A stretch of DNA of 64,000 bases from Minisyncoccota bacterium. Its GTDB lineage: Bacteria; Patescibacteriota; Minisyncoccia; Phycocordibacterales; CAJBRS01. Under the pieces are notes generated by a model. The model had not been told where the DNA came from and did no database searches. It was given only the letters and a program-made list of their open reading frames with translations. The DNA lies in contig DASRDX010000013.1 of NCBI GenBank assembly GCA_035652395.1, positions 3,255 to 67,254 of the forward strand, in the 5' to 3' direction. Below are positions 7,763 to 15,369 of the stretch, one piece after another. How positions within the stretch are numbered: the first letter of the stretch is position 1; every line of letters begins with the position of its first letter. Both the position numbers and the translations under genes were made by a program.

Positions 7763-7836
7763 TGGTACTCCACCAAGGACTCGAACCTTGACGAGACGCT
7801 AATCAGGCATCCATGCTACCACTACATCAGCGGAGT
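7763..7836 (-). tRNA. tRNA-Ile (anticodon GAU)
   Basis: acceptor ACTCCGC/GTGGAGT, T-arm CAAGG-TTCGAGT-CCTTG, anticodon stem GATGC/GCGTC with loop CTGATTA. Confidence 0.65.
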
Positions 7837-7965
7837 ACGAAAAATTCAAGCCGATACTTTTTACGCCTCGGACTAATTGAACGACTTCCTCTCAACGGGC
7901 GCTGCGCGGTCTGCACACTAACTTTCTCAAAAAATATTTAATCAAGCAAACCCAACGCCAGAATA

Positions 7966-8280
7966 TTACTGGCCAAGGAAACGGGCGTTGGTTACAGGGT
8001 TTGGGACTGGCTGTGTCAGCGTAAAAGTCAAAAACACCGGACTTGATTTCTGAGCCAGATTATCAACCGCATAAATAGCGACCGCCTTACCGCCTGGGTT
8101 CGCGTATTGAAGAACCAACGGCGCGGCATCGGTAGGAGTAGTTTTTACGTCCGCTCCGTCAGGTCTCGGCGCTGTTCCTACAACATTATTTGACAAATCC
8201 GCATCCCAAACTTCAAAATGGTCAAAAACAATTTGCGGGTCGGATGCGGTCCAATCCCACGCTATTTTAGCATTTAACAT
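7966..8280 (-). CDS. hypothetical protein embedded in the tRNA array
   Basis: 104-aa ORF with RBS GAGGGAAAC; hairpin CCAACGCC...GGCGTTGG plus T-run downstream. Confidence 0.4.
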   Translation of the reverse strand: MLNAKIAWDWTASDPQIVFDHFEVWDADLSNNVVGTAPRPDGADVKTTPTDAAPLVLQYANPGGKAVAIYAVDNLAQKSSPVFLTFTLTQPVPNPVTNARFLGQ

Positions 8281-8335
8281 GTTTCCCTCAGCCCTTTTGT
8301 AAAGGGGACTTTTTAAAAATGACTGCGAAACAAAT

Positions 8336-8427
8336 TGGTGGAGAAGGCAGGATTCGAACCTACAGTATCCACATTGGGATGCCGGGGGTTACAGCCCGGT
8401 AGGGCGACCTGTTGCCCCAACCTCTCC
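8336..8427 (-). tRNA. tRNA-Tyr (anticodon GUA)
   Basis: type II, 92 nt: acceptor GGAGAGG/CTTCTCC, A73, T-arm GTAGG-TTCGAAT-CCTGC, loop CTGTAAC. Confidence 0.65.
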
Positions 8428-8498
8428 ATTAAACTTGCTTTACGTAAATTTTATAAACCAAAGTTCCATTCGGAATATAACGGCTCGCGCTTAAAATT

Positions 8499-8578
8499 TG
8501 GTCGCCCTGGGAAGATTTGGATACTTCCAACCCCGACGCTTAAAAGGCGTGTGCTCTTACCAATTGAGCTACAAGGCG
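8499..8578 (-). tRNA. tRNA-Lys (anticodon UUU)
   Basis: acceptor CGCCTTG/CAGGGCG, D-arm GCTC-AATTGGTAA-GAGC, loop CTTTTAA; enlarged T-loop. Confidence 0.55.
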
Positions 8579-8584
8579 AAAAAT

Positions 8585-8659
8585 TGGTAGTCCGCGACGG
8601 ATTCAAACCGTCACCTATCTCCTTAAGAGGGAGTAATGCCGTCATAACACCTGCGGACT
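8585..8659 (-). tRNA. tRNA-Lys (anticodon CUU)
   Basis: acceptor AGTCCGC/GCGGACT perfect, T-arm GACGG-TTTGAAT-CCGTC, loop CTCTTAA. Confidence 0.65.
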
Positions 8660-8710
8660 AAAAATTTTGTTGGGAACAACTCTCCGTTTGTTCCTTCTAT
8701 CACACAAAAT

Positions 8711-8799
8711 TGGTACTCGATGAAGGAATCGAACCTTCCAGCAAGGGTAATCTGCCCCGACGCTTTATAAGAGCGTGCTGCGGACCGCCGCTATCGAGT
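8711..8799 (-). tRNA. type II tRNA with anticodon UAU (atypical; identity unclear)
   Basis: acceptor ACTCGAT/ATCGAGT perfect, A73, T-arm GAAGG-TTCGATT-CCTTC, perfect anticodon stem ACGCT/AGCGT with loop CTTATAA, about 21-nt variable arm. Confidence 0.55.
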
Positions 8800-8803
8800 A
8801 AAC

Positions 8804-9040
8804 TTAAATTTGCTGTACAGGAGCGGGCTTACCGCGCAAAATTCCTTTCTGAATCATCTGCTCCGGCGTAAAAACATTTGGGTCAAATCTATTTTCATGG
8901 CCCAATAAATACTTCGGAGTTAAAGTGTGCCTGTCCGATTCGGGCAACTTACCCGACCTCATTTGCCTGGGTATATTGTAATGCGGCATATTGCCTCTTG
9001 ATAATCGAATTGGTGCGCTGCGAGAGAATCGAACTCCCAC
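8804..9040 (-). CDS. hypothetical protein
   Basis: 78-aa ORF between tRNAs; start uncertain (internal ATG at 8989). Confidence 0.25.
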   Translation of the reverse strand: MGVRFSRSAPIRLSRGNMPHYNIPRQMRSGKLPESDRHTLTPKYLLGHENRFDPNVFTPEQMIQKGILRGKPAPVQQI

Positions 9041-9098
9041 GCCGTTTTAAGGCCGAAGATTTTAAGTCTCCTGCGTCTGCCTGTTCCGCCAGCAGCGC
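9011..9098 (-). tRNA. tRNA-Leu (anticodon UAA)
   Basis: type II: acceptor GCGCTGC/GCAGCGC perfect, A73, T-arm GGGAG-TTCGATT-CTCTC, loop CTTAAAA. Confidence 0.75.
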
Positions 9099-9104
9099 AA
9101 AATT

Positions 9105-9191
9105 TGGTGCCTTTGGAGGGAATCGAACCCCCACGGGACTGTGCCCACCGCGTTTTGAGTGCGGCGCGTCTGCCTGTTCCACCACAAAAGC
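9105..9191 (-). tRNA. tRNA-Leu (anticodon CAA)
   Basis: type II: acceptor GCTTTTG/CAAAGGC, A73, T-arm GGGGG-TTCGATT-CCCTC, loop CTCAAAA. Confidence 0.65.
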
Positions 9192-9192
9192 A

Positions 9193-9266
9193 TGGCCCCT
9201 ATCCGTGGAATCGAACCACGACTACCTGTTCTTCAGACAGGGGTGCGGCCACTACACCAAACAGGG
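9193..9266 (-). tRNA. tRNA-Phe (anticodon GAA)
   Basis: acceptor CCCTGTT/GATAGGG, T-arm CGTGG-TTCGATT-CCACG, anticodon stem CCTGT/ACAGG with loop CTGAAGA. Confidence 0.65.
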
Positions 9267-9336
9267 ACAGAAACTTTGACTTTCTGAGAATCTAGAATGG
9301 CCCGCTTCATGCAGCAAGCCGAATACGGGCGACTGC

Positions 9337-9564
9337 TTAAAGCTTTCTTCGGGCCTTTCTTCCACCATATAATTCCGCATGGCCTCCCCAAACACTTTCG
9401 CGTGCCTCATGTGCCCCAAGGCCCGTTTCCAAAAGACGGCAGTACTTACGAAGGGCAACAATTGCTACTGCCGCGCTCTCTGGGTCATCCATGATTTCCG
9501 ACTCTAACGCCGATGCTTCTTGACGTTCTTCAAAATCAAGCTCAGCTACGGATTCCGTAATCAT
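9337..9564 (-). CDS. hypothetical acidic protein
   Basis: 75-aa ORF with RBS AAGGGG; preceded by a 26-aa ORF (9574-9651) with RBS AAGGAAG. Confidence 0.3.
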   Translation of the reverse strand: MITESVAELDFEERQEASALESEIMDDPESAAVAIVALRKYCRLLETGLGAHEARESVWGGHAELYGGRKARRKL

Positions 9565-9895
9565 CATTGGCCCCTTAACTCTTTTCCTTCAAAAGGCGAA
9601 CCAACTCCGAGTCCGACGTTGGAACGTGCTCGAATTGTTTACGGTCTGCCATGCCTTAAACTTCCTTAACGCTGTAATTATCAGGCTCGAACTTGCGGCC
9701 CTCAACCTGAGATTTTGCTTGCTGCAAAGCGGCTTGAGGGGTTTCGGCCTCGGCTTCAATCTTTATCTTCTGAGTCAAGGTAATTTTATACGTTTTCAAT
9801 TTTTTATCCTTTCAGCCTTGAGGGCCGTGGGTTGAAGGTAAGGAGTAGTAGAAAACCTCACGGCCCTCACTCTGCGCTTTACTTTACCACGCAAC

Positions 9896-9937
9896 CCGAA
9901 AACTTGTCAAGAACTATTTTCGGGTTTTTTCCCGCTG
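9896..9937 (+). terminator. intrinsic terminator-like hairpin
   Basis: ACCCGAAAA-loop-TTTTCGGGT followed by TTTTTT; a second hairpin CCCGCTGGCGCGGG and a T10 run lie just downstream. Confidence 0.4.
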
Positions 9938-10040
9938 GCGCGGGCTTAAACCGGGCATGTTTTTTTTTTAATTGTAGCCTCGACTACGCCCAGCATAACT
10001 CTTCGATAAAAAATCTACAACAACTCTTAAAATTTGTCAA

Positions 10041-10116
10041 CAGTTTTTTTTGGGGTGAAGAGTGGGAATCGAACCCTACACTGACTCTTTCACAGAGAGC
10101 CATGCTGCCGTTACAT
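10041..10116 (-). tRNA. tRNA-His-like (anticodon GUG), degenerate
   Basis: T-loop GGG-TTCGATT-CCC, anticodon stem GCTCT/AGAGT with loop CTGTGAA, C at discriminator as expected for His; weak T-stem and acceptor pairing. Confidence 0.45.
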
Positions 10117-10137
10117 CATCCACACCTCGGTTTAATT

Positions 10138-10314
10138 AAATGTGCTGCTTAATTTTATTTATAACGCTTTTCGCGTCGGCTATAAGACCCGATTCAAATT
10201 TTGAAACAACTTCACGTATTTTTGAAAGCTTGGCCGCGTTCTTGATACGACCCACGCCAAAACCGACAGCAAAACCTACCACAACTAGAACAAATTTTAG
10301 CATGCTCATGTTCT
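10138..10314 (-). CDS. small membrane-anchored protein
   Basis: 58-aa ORF MSMLKFVLVVVGFAVGFGVG..., not in the supplied track because it is under 60 aa. Confidence 0.35.
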
Positions 10315-10349
10315 CCTGTCAACCAATTTTTCAAAACTCAATTGCTTTC

Positions 10350-10775
10350 TTAGTTTCTTCCTGCCGTGCCATACTGCTTTTCGGCTGCCTTAAGAGCGGC
10401 GTTTGGCCGAACCGTGGCTTCGCCATGATTAGATTTAAGCGGCATGGGGCGCTGTGGATATGCCTCATCCGAACACATATCCGTTTTCTTTTCGGCGGGA
10501 ATTACTTTTTCTCCGGCATGTAATTTATATAAGCCTGTGCGAGGAACCGTGCCGCCATGCTTATAAGAACCTAAGACTTGGCCTAAAGCCTGTTTTGTTT
10601 CCTCGCCTTGAGTCTTTTGCATCAATTCGGCGTAGTCGGTGTCTTTTCCGCCCCTTCTATCTACTTCGCCTTGTTCGGCAATAAATTTTCGGCGCTGTTC
10701 GGGGTCTTTAATTCCTGCGGCCAATCTGCCGCGAGTTTTAGATAGAGCGGCTTTTTCTTGTTCGTTTAGAGGCAT
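10350..10775 (-). CDS. hypothetical protein
   Basis: ORF trimmed to MPLNEQEK start; basic, no motifs. Confidence 0.4.
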   Translation of the reverse strand: MPLNEQEKAALSKTRGRLAAGIKDPEQRRKFIAEQGEVDRRGGKDTDYAELMQKTQGEETKQALGQVLGSYKHGGTVPRTGLYKLHAGEKVIPAEKKTDMCSDEAYPQRPMPLKSNHGEATVRPNAALKAAEKQYGTAGRN

Positions 10776-10776
10776 G

Positions 10777-11061
10777 TTACTCTCCGAAAAACTTTCTTGT
10801 ATCAAGTCCCAAATGTTTGAACGCTTTTATTACTTGCTGCCGAAACTCAAGGTCTTTGGCCGATTTTTTAAAATCAATAAACGACCTCAAATCTTTTTCC
10901 ATATCGGTATAAGCCGTTGGGTCTATATCGGGTTCGGTTAAGGCGGCTAAATCGGCTTGGTCGGACGCCGAATCAGTTGTGTCTTTGTCCTCTTCTTTTA
11001 AAAGATTGGCTTCTTTCATCATACCCCAACTTGGACGTGTTTTATTTATTATGTCGGTCAT
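10777..11061 (-). CDS. hypothetical acidic protein
   Basis: 94-aa ORF tightly packed with neighbours. Confidence 0.4.
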   Translation of the reverse strand: MTDIINKTRPSWGMMKEANLLKEEDKDTTDSASDQADLAALTEPDIDPTAYTDMEKDLRSFIDFKKSAKDLEFRQQVIKAFKHLGLDTRKFFGE

Positions 11062-11704
11062 TAAGTTTCCTTTGAATTTGTATTAATTCCAAAGCAGGCG
11101 ACAACAAACACATCTCATCAAATGTAAGGTTGTGTATGTGTCTAATTTCACGGCAGCGTTGGCATGCCGCAATAGCATTATAGGCCATTCCGACTTCCGA
11201 ATCAATCCAATCTACGGAACAGCCTTCGGGTTCTAGCTCGGCTTTACAATAATAACAGCCGTCCTTTAAAAGTTGCTCATAAAAGTTAATGTGCCAAAGC
11301 AAGTCAGTTTTAGGGGTATGCTTTTCTATGAGGACTGACTTTAATAGCCTATGCTTATACCCTATAGAACCCGTCCGAAAGGAATTAGACTTTTTAATTG
11401 TGGTCCTTAAAGTCCTAAGTTTAAAGTCAACCTGCTTCTGACGTTCGGCCAATCGGTCTAATTTCTCTAAATGCCTTTTCAAATTAAGTTCGGCCCGCAA
11501 ACAGCCGCAACTCTTCTTTCGGCCCGATACAAGTTTATCTTCACGGGCCAATACAAGTTTATTCTGACCTGTCTCATTTGAGCAATCACAGTCGCAAAGC
11601 CAATACCGCTTATTCTTCTCACTATGAGAAAACTGTCTCACTTTGAGACGCCCATAGGTGTTGCCAATTAAAGTCTGTGTCATAATGAGAACTGTTTGTC
11701 TCAA
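11042..11704 (-). CDS. HNH homing-endonuclease-like protein
   Basis: N-terminal YGRLKV...W.CDCDC...L.SG...SCGC block typical of phage HNH endonucleases, plus a C-terminal Cys/His cluster. Confidence 0.55.
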   Translation of the reverse strand: MRQTVLIMTQTLIGNTYGRLKVRQFSHSEKNKRYWLCDCDCSNETGQNKLVLAREDKLVSGRKKSCGCLRAELNLKRHLEKLDRLAERQKQVDFKLRTLRTTIKKSNSFRTGSIGYKHRLLKSVLIEKHTPKTDLLWHINFYEQLLKDGCYYCKAELEPEGCSVDWIDSEVGMAYNAIAACQRCREIRHIHNLTFDEMCLLSPALELIQIQRKLNDRHNK

Positions 11705-11712
11705 ATTGAGAC
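11607..11712. promoter_or_regulatory. operator-like palindromes GTCTCA-N3/4-TGAGAC (three copies)
   Basis: TCTCActaTGAGA 11607-11619, GTCTCActtTGAGAC 11635-11650, GTCTCAAATTGAGAC 11698-11712, straddling the HNH gene start. Confidence 0.5.
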
Positions 11713-12252
11713 GATTTTCGGTTCGTTCTAAAATCGGGTGTGGTTCTTTTACAACACCGAGTCATATACCCCATTTTTAGAAACAGGTCTGTTTGGTCAG
11801 TTGGGAAGGGTCATTTACCCCTAGTACCTTTGTTTTCTGTAATTTATGAACCAACGTCCACGTCCACGGCCACGAAGGGGCCTTGGGGCGTTTCACACCC
11901 CCTTAAAAGCCGCCTCGTACTATGAGTACTAGTAATACTATGAGTACTATTACCATTGAAAATAAAGGACTTATGTCGTCTCGATTTGCGGCCTGGACTG
12001 CCGTTCGGACTCACTTGCAGCGCGCTACTTTTCCGCCGTTTTTCTTGCTCGTTTTTCTTGCAAATTATTGTAAATACTAGACTTGTAAGCTTGAAATGTA
12101 AGGTTATCTTACATGTCAATGATTAGTACTAGTACCGCAAAACCGAATTTTGTAACATTTTTACCCGTTTTGTGGTAAAAATACAACATTTTTTGCGAAA
12201 TTGTGGCAAAAATGCCACAAAAAATGAGAATCGTCGCAAGTGTCGAGCATAT

Positions 12253-12313
12253 GTCTCAATTATGAGACTATCTCAGTATCATATTGAGACTGTCTCAATC
12301 TAATATTGAGAGA
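12253..12313. promoter_or_regulatory. second cluster of the same palindrome (three copies)
   Basis: GTCTCAattaTGAGAC 12253-12268, ATTGAGACtGTCTCAAT 12283-12299, CTCAATctaatATTGAG 12294-12313; then palindrome GAACGTGttcgcgCACGTTC. Confidence 0.5.
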
Positions 12314-12455
12314 ACGTGTTCGCGCACGTTCCCGTAAGGTCCGAATCCTAAACCGTCCACCAGGGCCGTCTCTTACCAGCCGCATTGTTTCCTCAGTCTC
12401 CAGCGGCCCCGCATGGACTCTCTCTCATAAGATGACTGTATGGCCCCGCAAGTAT

Positions 12456-12470
12456 TGACAAAAAGTGTCA
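12456..12470. promoter_or_regulatory. palindrome TGACAaaaagTGTCA (copy 1; second copy at 13321-13335)
   Basis: TTGACAAAAAGTGTCA occurs twice; copy 1 doubles as a -35 TTGACA followed 18 bp later by TAAATT. Confidence 0.45.
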
Positions 12471-12539
12471 CTTTTAGCTAAATTTTTATCATAACTATAA
12501 TAAAATCAATAACTTAATAAAATGCATATTCCGCGTTTC

Positions 12540-12620
12540 TTCGGGTTTTATGCCTGTTTCGTCCGCAACCTATAAGGTCAATATATAGGCTTTTTATAGG
12601 TGTTTCGTCGGACCTTACGG
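12540..12620. repeat. iteron-like direct repeats TTT(T)AT.GG.GTTTCGTC(C/G)G
   Basis: two to three imperfect copies in an AT-rich stretch of the non-coding region. Confidence 0.35.
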
Positions 12621-12654
12621 GCTTTTATTGGGTTTTGCAGGAAATTGACTGCAA

Positions 12655-12710
12655 GGTAGTAACTAGAAAATTAACAGTGGTGGCCAACTAGTAATTTTCT
12701 AGTTACTACC
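12655..12710. repeat. 19-bp perfect inverted repeat GGTAGTAACTAGAAAATTA / TAATTTTCTAGTTACTACC (18-nt spacer)
   Basis: seen directly; the largest perfect palindrome in the window, inside the 1.7-kb non-coding region. Confidence 0.85.
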
Positions 12711-13381
12711 CACTCCGACCGCGCCAGTGACAGCATTTTGATGTTAAGTCTTTTATTTTCAGTAACCGAATTCTGTCACAAAATGCCGTCAGTAGTGTGG
12801 GAGACACACTTTCCAATATCCCTATCATCATTTATTAATAGGCGAAGAAAAAACGAAAATAATAGTAAACATATTTATTTGCAATTACTTACAGACGATA
12901 AAATTTGCATATGGGTGCCATTTTTATATAAAAAATAATTGATTTTTTGGTCAAAAAATAGGTGTCTGTCTCCCTCTTAGGACAGAATCTTGGGACAGAA
13001 TTTGTACGTTGAAAACAAAAGACTTAATTCTGTCCAAGCATTTCCAAAAATTGACCAATTTTCGCAATCAGAAAATTTCACATTTTTCTATCGAAGGGCG
13101 GTCTCGATTCGATGTGGCAAAACTCGCCACCAAATTAGTAACCGTTTAGACACATTCGTTATCCACCGATTGCTGCGCTTCGCCTAACAGCGGGCATCAG
13201 GATGTTCGCCAGGACGGGCACCATCGGCCAAAAGAGCGCCTAGGACGTTCGTAATTCTGTTTTAAGCGCTCTCCCTTCATTCGCCTGTCGCAATCGTTCT
13301 AATAGGCTCTAATTGCGTTTTGACAAAAAGTGTCATGTTCGGGAAATAGAAGTACTATCAAAAATCAGTACCAAAGTACTA

Positions 13382-13410
13382 TTTACAATTAAATCTTCCT
13401 ACGATATTCT
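13382..13410 (+). promoter_or_regulatory. sigma70-like promoter TTTACA-17-TATTCT with upstream AGTACT elements
   Basis: hexamers spaced 17 bp; AAGTACTAT...AAAGTACTATT at 13351-13384; drives the first plus-strand gene. Confidence 0.5.
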
Positions 13411-13452
13411 CAGCGCAGAAGGAATGGAAACCGTGGAAAAAGGAGGGAGTCA

Positions 13453-13674
13453 ATGAAAGAATCTCAGTACACGCAAGATTATCTTGAGACGACCGCATCA
13501 GGCCGTTTTTACACCATCCAGACCTACTTGCACTATCAATTAAAGGGCACGGCCAAGTCTTATGCTGGTCGCTATGCCGAGGCGCTACGCAATTCCGTCA
13601 TTCGTCGCGGCGCAGTGCCCGTCCGTTCTTTGCATGGTGGCGTAGCCTACCGCATGCCCGAAGGGACGCGATAG
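13453..13674 (+). CDS. hypothetical protein
   Basis: 73-aa ORF with RBS AAGGAGGGAG. Confidence 0.45.
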   Translation: MKESQYTQDYLETTASGRFYTIQTYLHYQLKGTAKSYAGRYAEALRNSVIRRGAVPVRSLHGGVAYRMPEGTR

Positions 13675-13867
13675 CACGCTCTGCCGCGTCTGTGTTTTAT
13701 CCATCTTTAATAAGCCGTTTTGGCACGGACGCTTATTATACGCATAGACCGATATGTAAAATAAGCGACAGGACACGGCAGAAGTACCACCAAAAAATCG
13801 GTACCAAAGTACTATTTACAAAATTAAATTCCTATCGCATCATTCACATCGGCAGGGAGAAACAGCA

Positions 13868-14071
13868 ATGAACAAGGAAAAGTATATCAAGATTTTGGTG
13901 CTTTTGGATAGGTCAAGGGAATTATGCGCAAGAGAGGACAAGCATCTTTGGGAAGAACTCTTCTATGTGAGCATGGTAGTAGAGAAAAAGATTGATTCAT
14001 ACGGTGGATTCACCAAAAAAGAATACCGCAAAGTAAGCGAAGAGCTCGCCGCGACCGTCATGCCATTCTGA
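13868..14071 (+). CDS. hypothetical protein
   Basis: 67-aa ORF with RBS GGGAGAAAC, preceded by a promoter-like AGTACT module at 13783-13830. Confidence 0.4.
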   Translation: MNKEKYIKILVLLDRSRELCAREDKHLWEELFYVSMVVEKKIDSYGGFTKKEYRKVSEELAATVMPF

Positions 14072-14145
14072 CGGACCTTGGACTCAAGCGCGTCCGTGGT
14101 GCTTTGGGCGGAGTTTATTACGAGTAAAAAAAGGATGGGCGGCAA

Positions 14146-14355
14146 ATGAAAACCTATACGCTAAATCCAATTGATAATGTCGTTGAAAGAGTAGTAGGCG
14201 AGTACGACGAGATTATCCCCGATGTTGAATTATCGGACTTGCTTGCGGAAGAGTATGCTCAGGTTTTTCATAGGGATTACAGCCAATCAACCTATGCAAA
14301 GGTCTGCCAAAGGCTGAACGGCCTAGGCATTCGTGTTGTAAGGTCTGCTGGATAA
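14146..14355 (+). CDS. hypothetical protein
   Basis: 69-aa ORF. Confidence 0.4.
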   Translation: MKTYTLNPIDNVVERVVGEYDEIIPDVELSDLLAEEYAQVFHRDYSQSTYAKVCQRLNGLGIRVVRSAG

Positions 14356-14376
14356 AAACCTAGAAAGGATAGAACA

Positions 14377-14631
14377 ATGCAAGCAAAACCTGCCGTTGAA
14401 GTGATTCGTGAAGCCTACAGCAATCCTGCCAATCCTCAAAATCTGAGGCTTGCGCATAACGGCAAGCAAAATGCGATTGCTGCGTGGGACGCGGAACTTA
14501 ACCGTTTCGTGATGGTTGCGTCTGCCACCATAGATGGAAAGTGGGTGACCGTGCCTTACGAACTGCTTGTTAACGGCGAGCGTGTTGTTAGCGAGTGGTT
14601 TGAAGTAGAAAGGCAGGATGAAGCGCGATAG
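14377..14631 (+). CDS. hypothetical protein
   Basis: 84-aa ORF with RBS AAAGGATAGAACA. Confidence 0.4.
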   Translation: MQAKPAVEVIREAYSNPANPQNLRLAHNGKQNAIAAWDAELNRFVMVASATIDGKWVTVPYELLVNGERVVSEWFEVERQDEAR

Positions 14632-14683
14632 CCGTACTATCGCGTCCACGGAGTCCTAGACAAGAGTCCGACAGGAGGAACAA

Positions 14684-14977
14684 ATGAAAGTAGAAGTAGT
14701 CAAGAAAGTCAAGACCATACCTCCAGCGCACAAGTTGAGCGTGCTGTCAGCGGATGGCACGCTCAGCACAGTTGACATCACGTGGGAGAAACTCCGCTTT
14801 TCGCCTATTGGTGAGAAGTGGAGCGCCAAGGGAGTTGGCATGACGTGGAACGAGATGCTCACGGCAACGCTAGTCTATCGTGATGAGCATCAGGCCGTGA
14901 TTCTTGAATCGCGCGAGTACTTGCAAGAGGGGCACGACGCGCACTACGAGCATTGCTTGCTAGGCTTCGTGTTCTAG
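14684..14977 (+). CDS. hypothetical protein
   Basis: 97-aa ORF with RBS ACAGGAGGAACA. Confidence 0.45.
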   Translation: MKVEVVKKVKTIPPAHKLSVLSADGTLSTVDITWEKLRFSPIGEKWSAKGVGMTWNEMLTATLVYRDEHQAVILESREYLQEGHDAHYEHCLLGFVF

Positions 14978-15094
14978 GCTGATGAGTGGAAGGTATCTTT
15001 GTCCGTTTGTCGCGGCTGAAATGAATGCGATTCAAAAGGCAGGTCCCAGAAACATTTGGCTTCTTTTGGCCTATTAGACGCGAAAGGCAATAAG

Positions 15095-15313
15095 ATGACA
15101 TACGGCGAATCTGTCAGAATTTTGGTAGAAGCCGATTGCGTTGAACGCGGTCAAGCCGGACGCGGCGGCAAACCTTGTGGAACGGTCGAACCTGGACAAT
15201 TGGGATTATATCTGTATCCATGTCCAGGTACGTTTAAGCGCAGCGGCTGGCACGTTATTGCTTTCGGAGGATGGGACGTTTGTTTGCGCGAAGGACAATT
15301 TGAAAAAATTTAG
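15095..15313 (+). CDS. hypothetical protein
   Basis: ORF; start ambiguous (15056 or 15095). Confidence 0.3.
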   Translation: MTYGESVRILVEADCVERGQAGRGGKPCGTVEPGQLGLYLYPCPGTFKRSGWHVIAFGGWDVCLREGQFEKI

Positions 15314-15369
15314 TAATAGAACTTTCGTACCATTGACTATTTTCCTGAAGAATTGCTAAACTGCCAGCT

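Noticed and set aside
7416-7776. Predicted ORFs 7416-7616(-) and 7567-7776(-), and a possible tmRNA (3' end ...TCCACCA)
   Set aside because: The region folds into canonical cloverleaves for tRNA-Arg, tRNA-Val and a tRNA-Ala with G3:U70. No tag-peptide reading frame or TLD/T-arm pair typical of tmRNA was found, and the ORFs have no RBS and overlap the tRNAs.
8288-8322. Hairpin CCCTTTtgtaAAGGGG followed by a T-run on the plus strand, read as a plus-strand terminator
   Set aside because: No plus-strand gene lies upstream. It is more likely part of the minus-strand 5' UTR and RBS region of CDS 7966-8280, so it was not called.
8335-9295. Plus-strand ORFs 8335-8661, 8878-9279, 9104-9295 and minus-strand ORFs 8451-8645, 8949-9185
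   Set aside because: They overlap five hand-folded tRNA genes (Tyr, Lys, Lys, type II, Leu, Leu, Phe) and are artefacts of GC-rich tRNA sequence.
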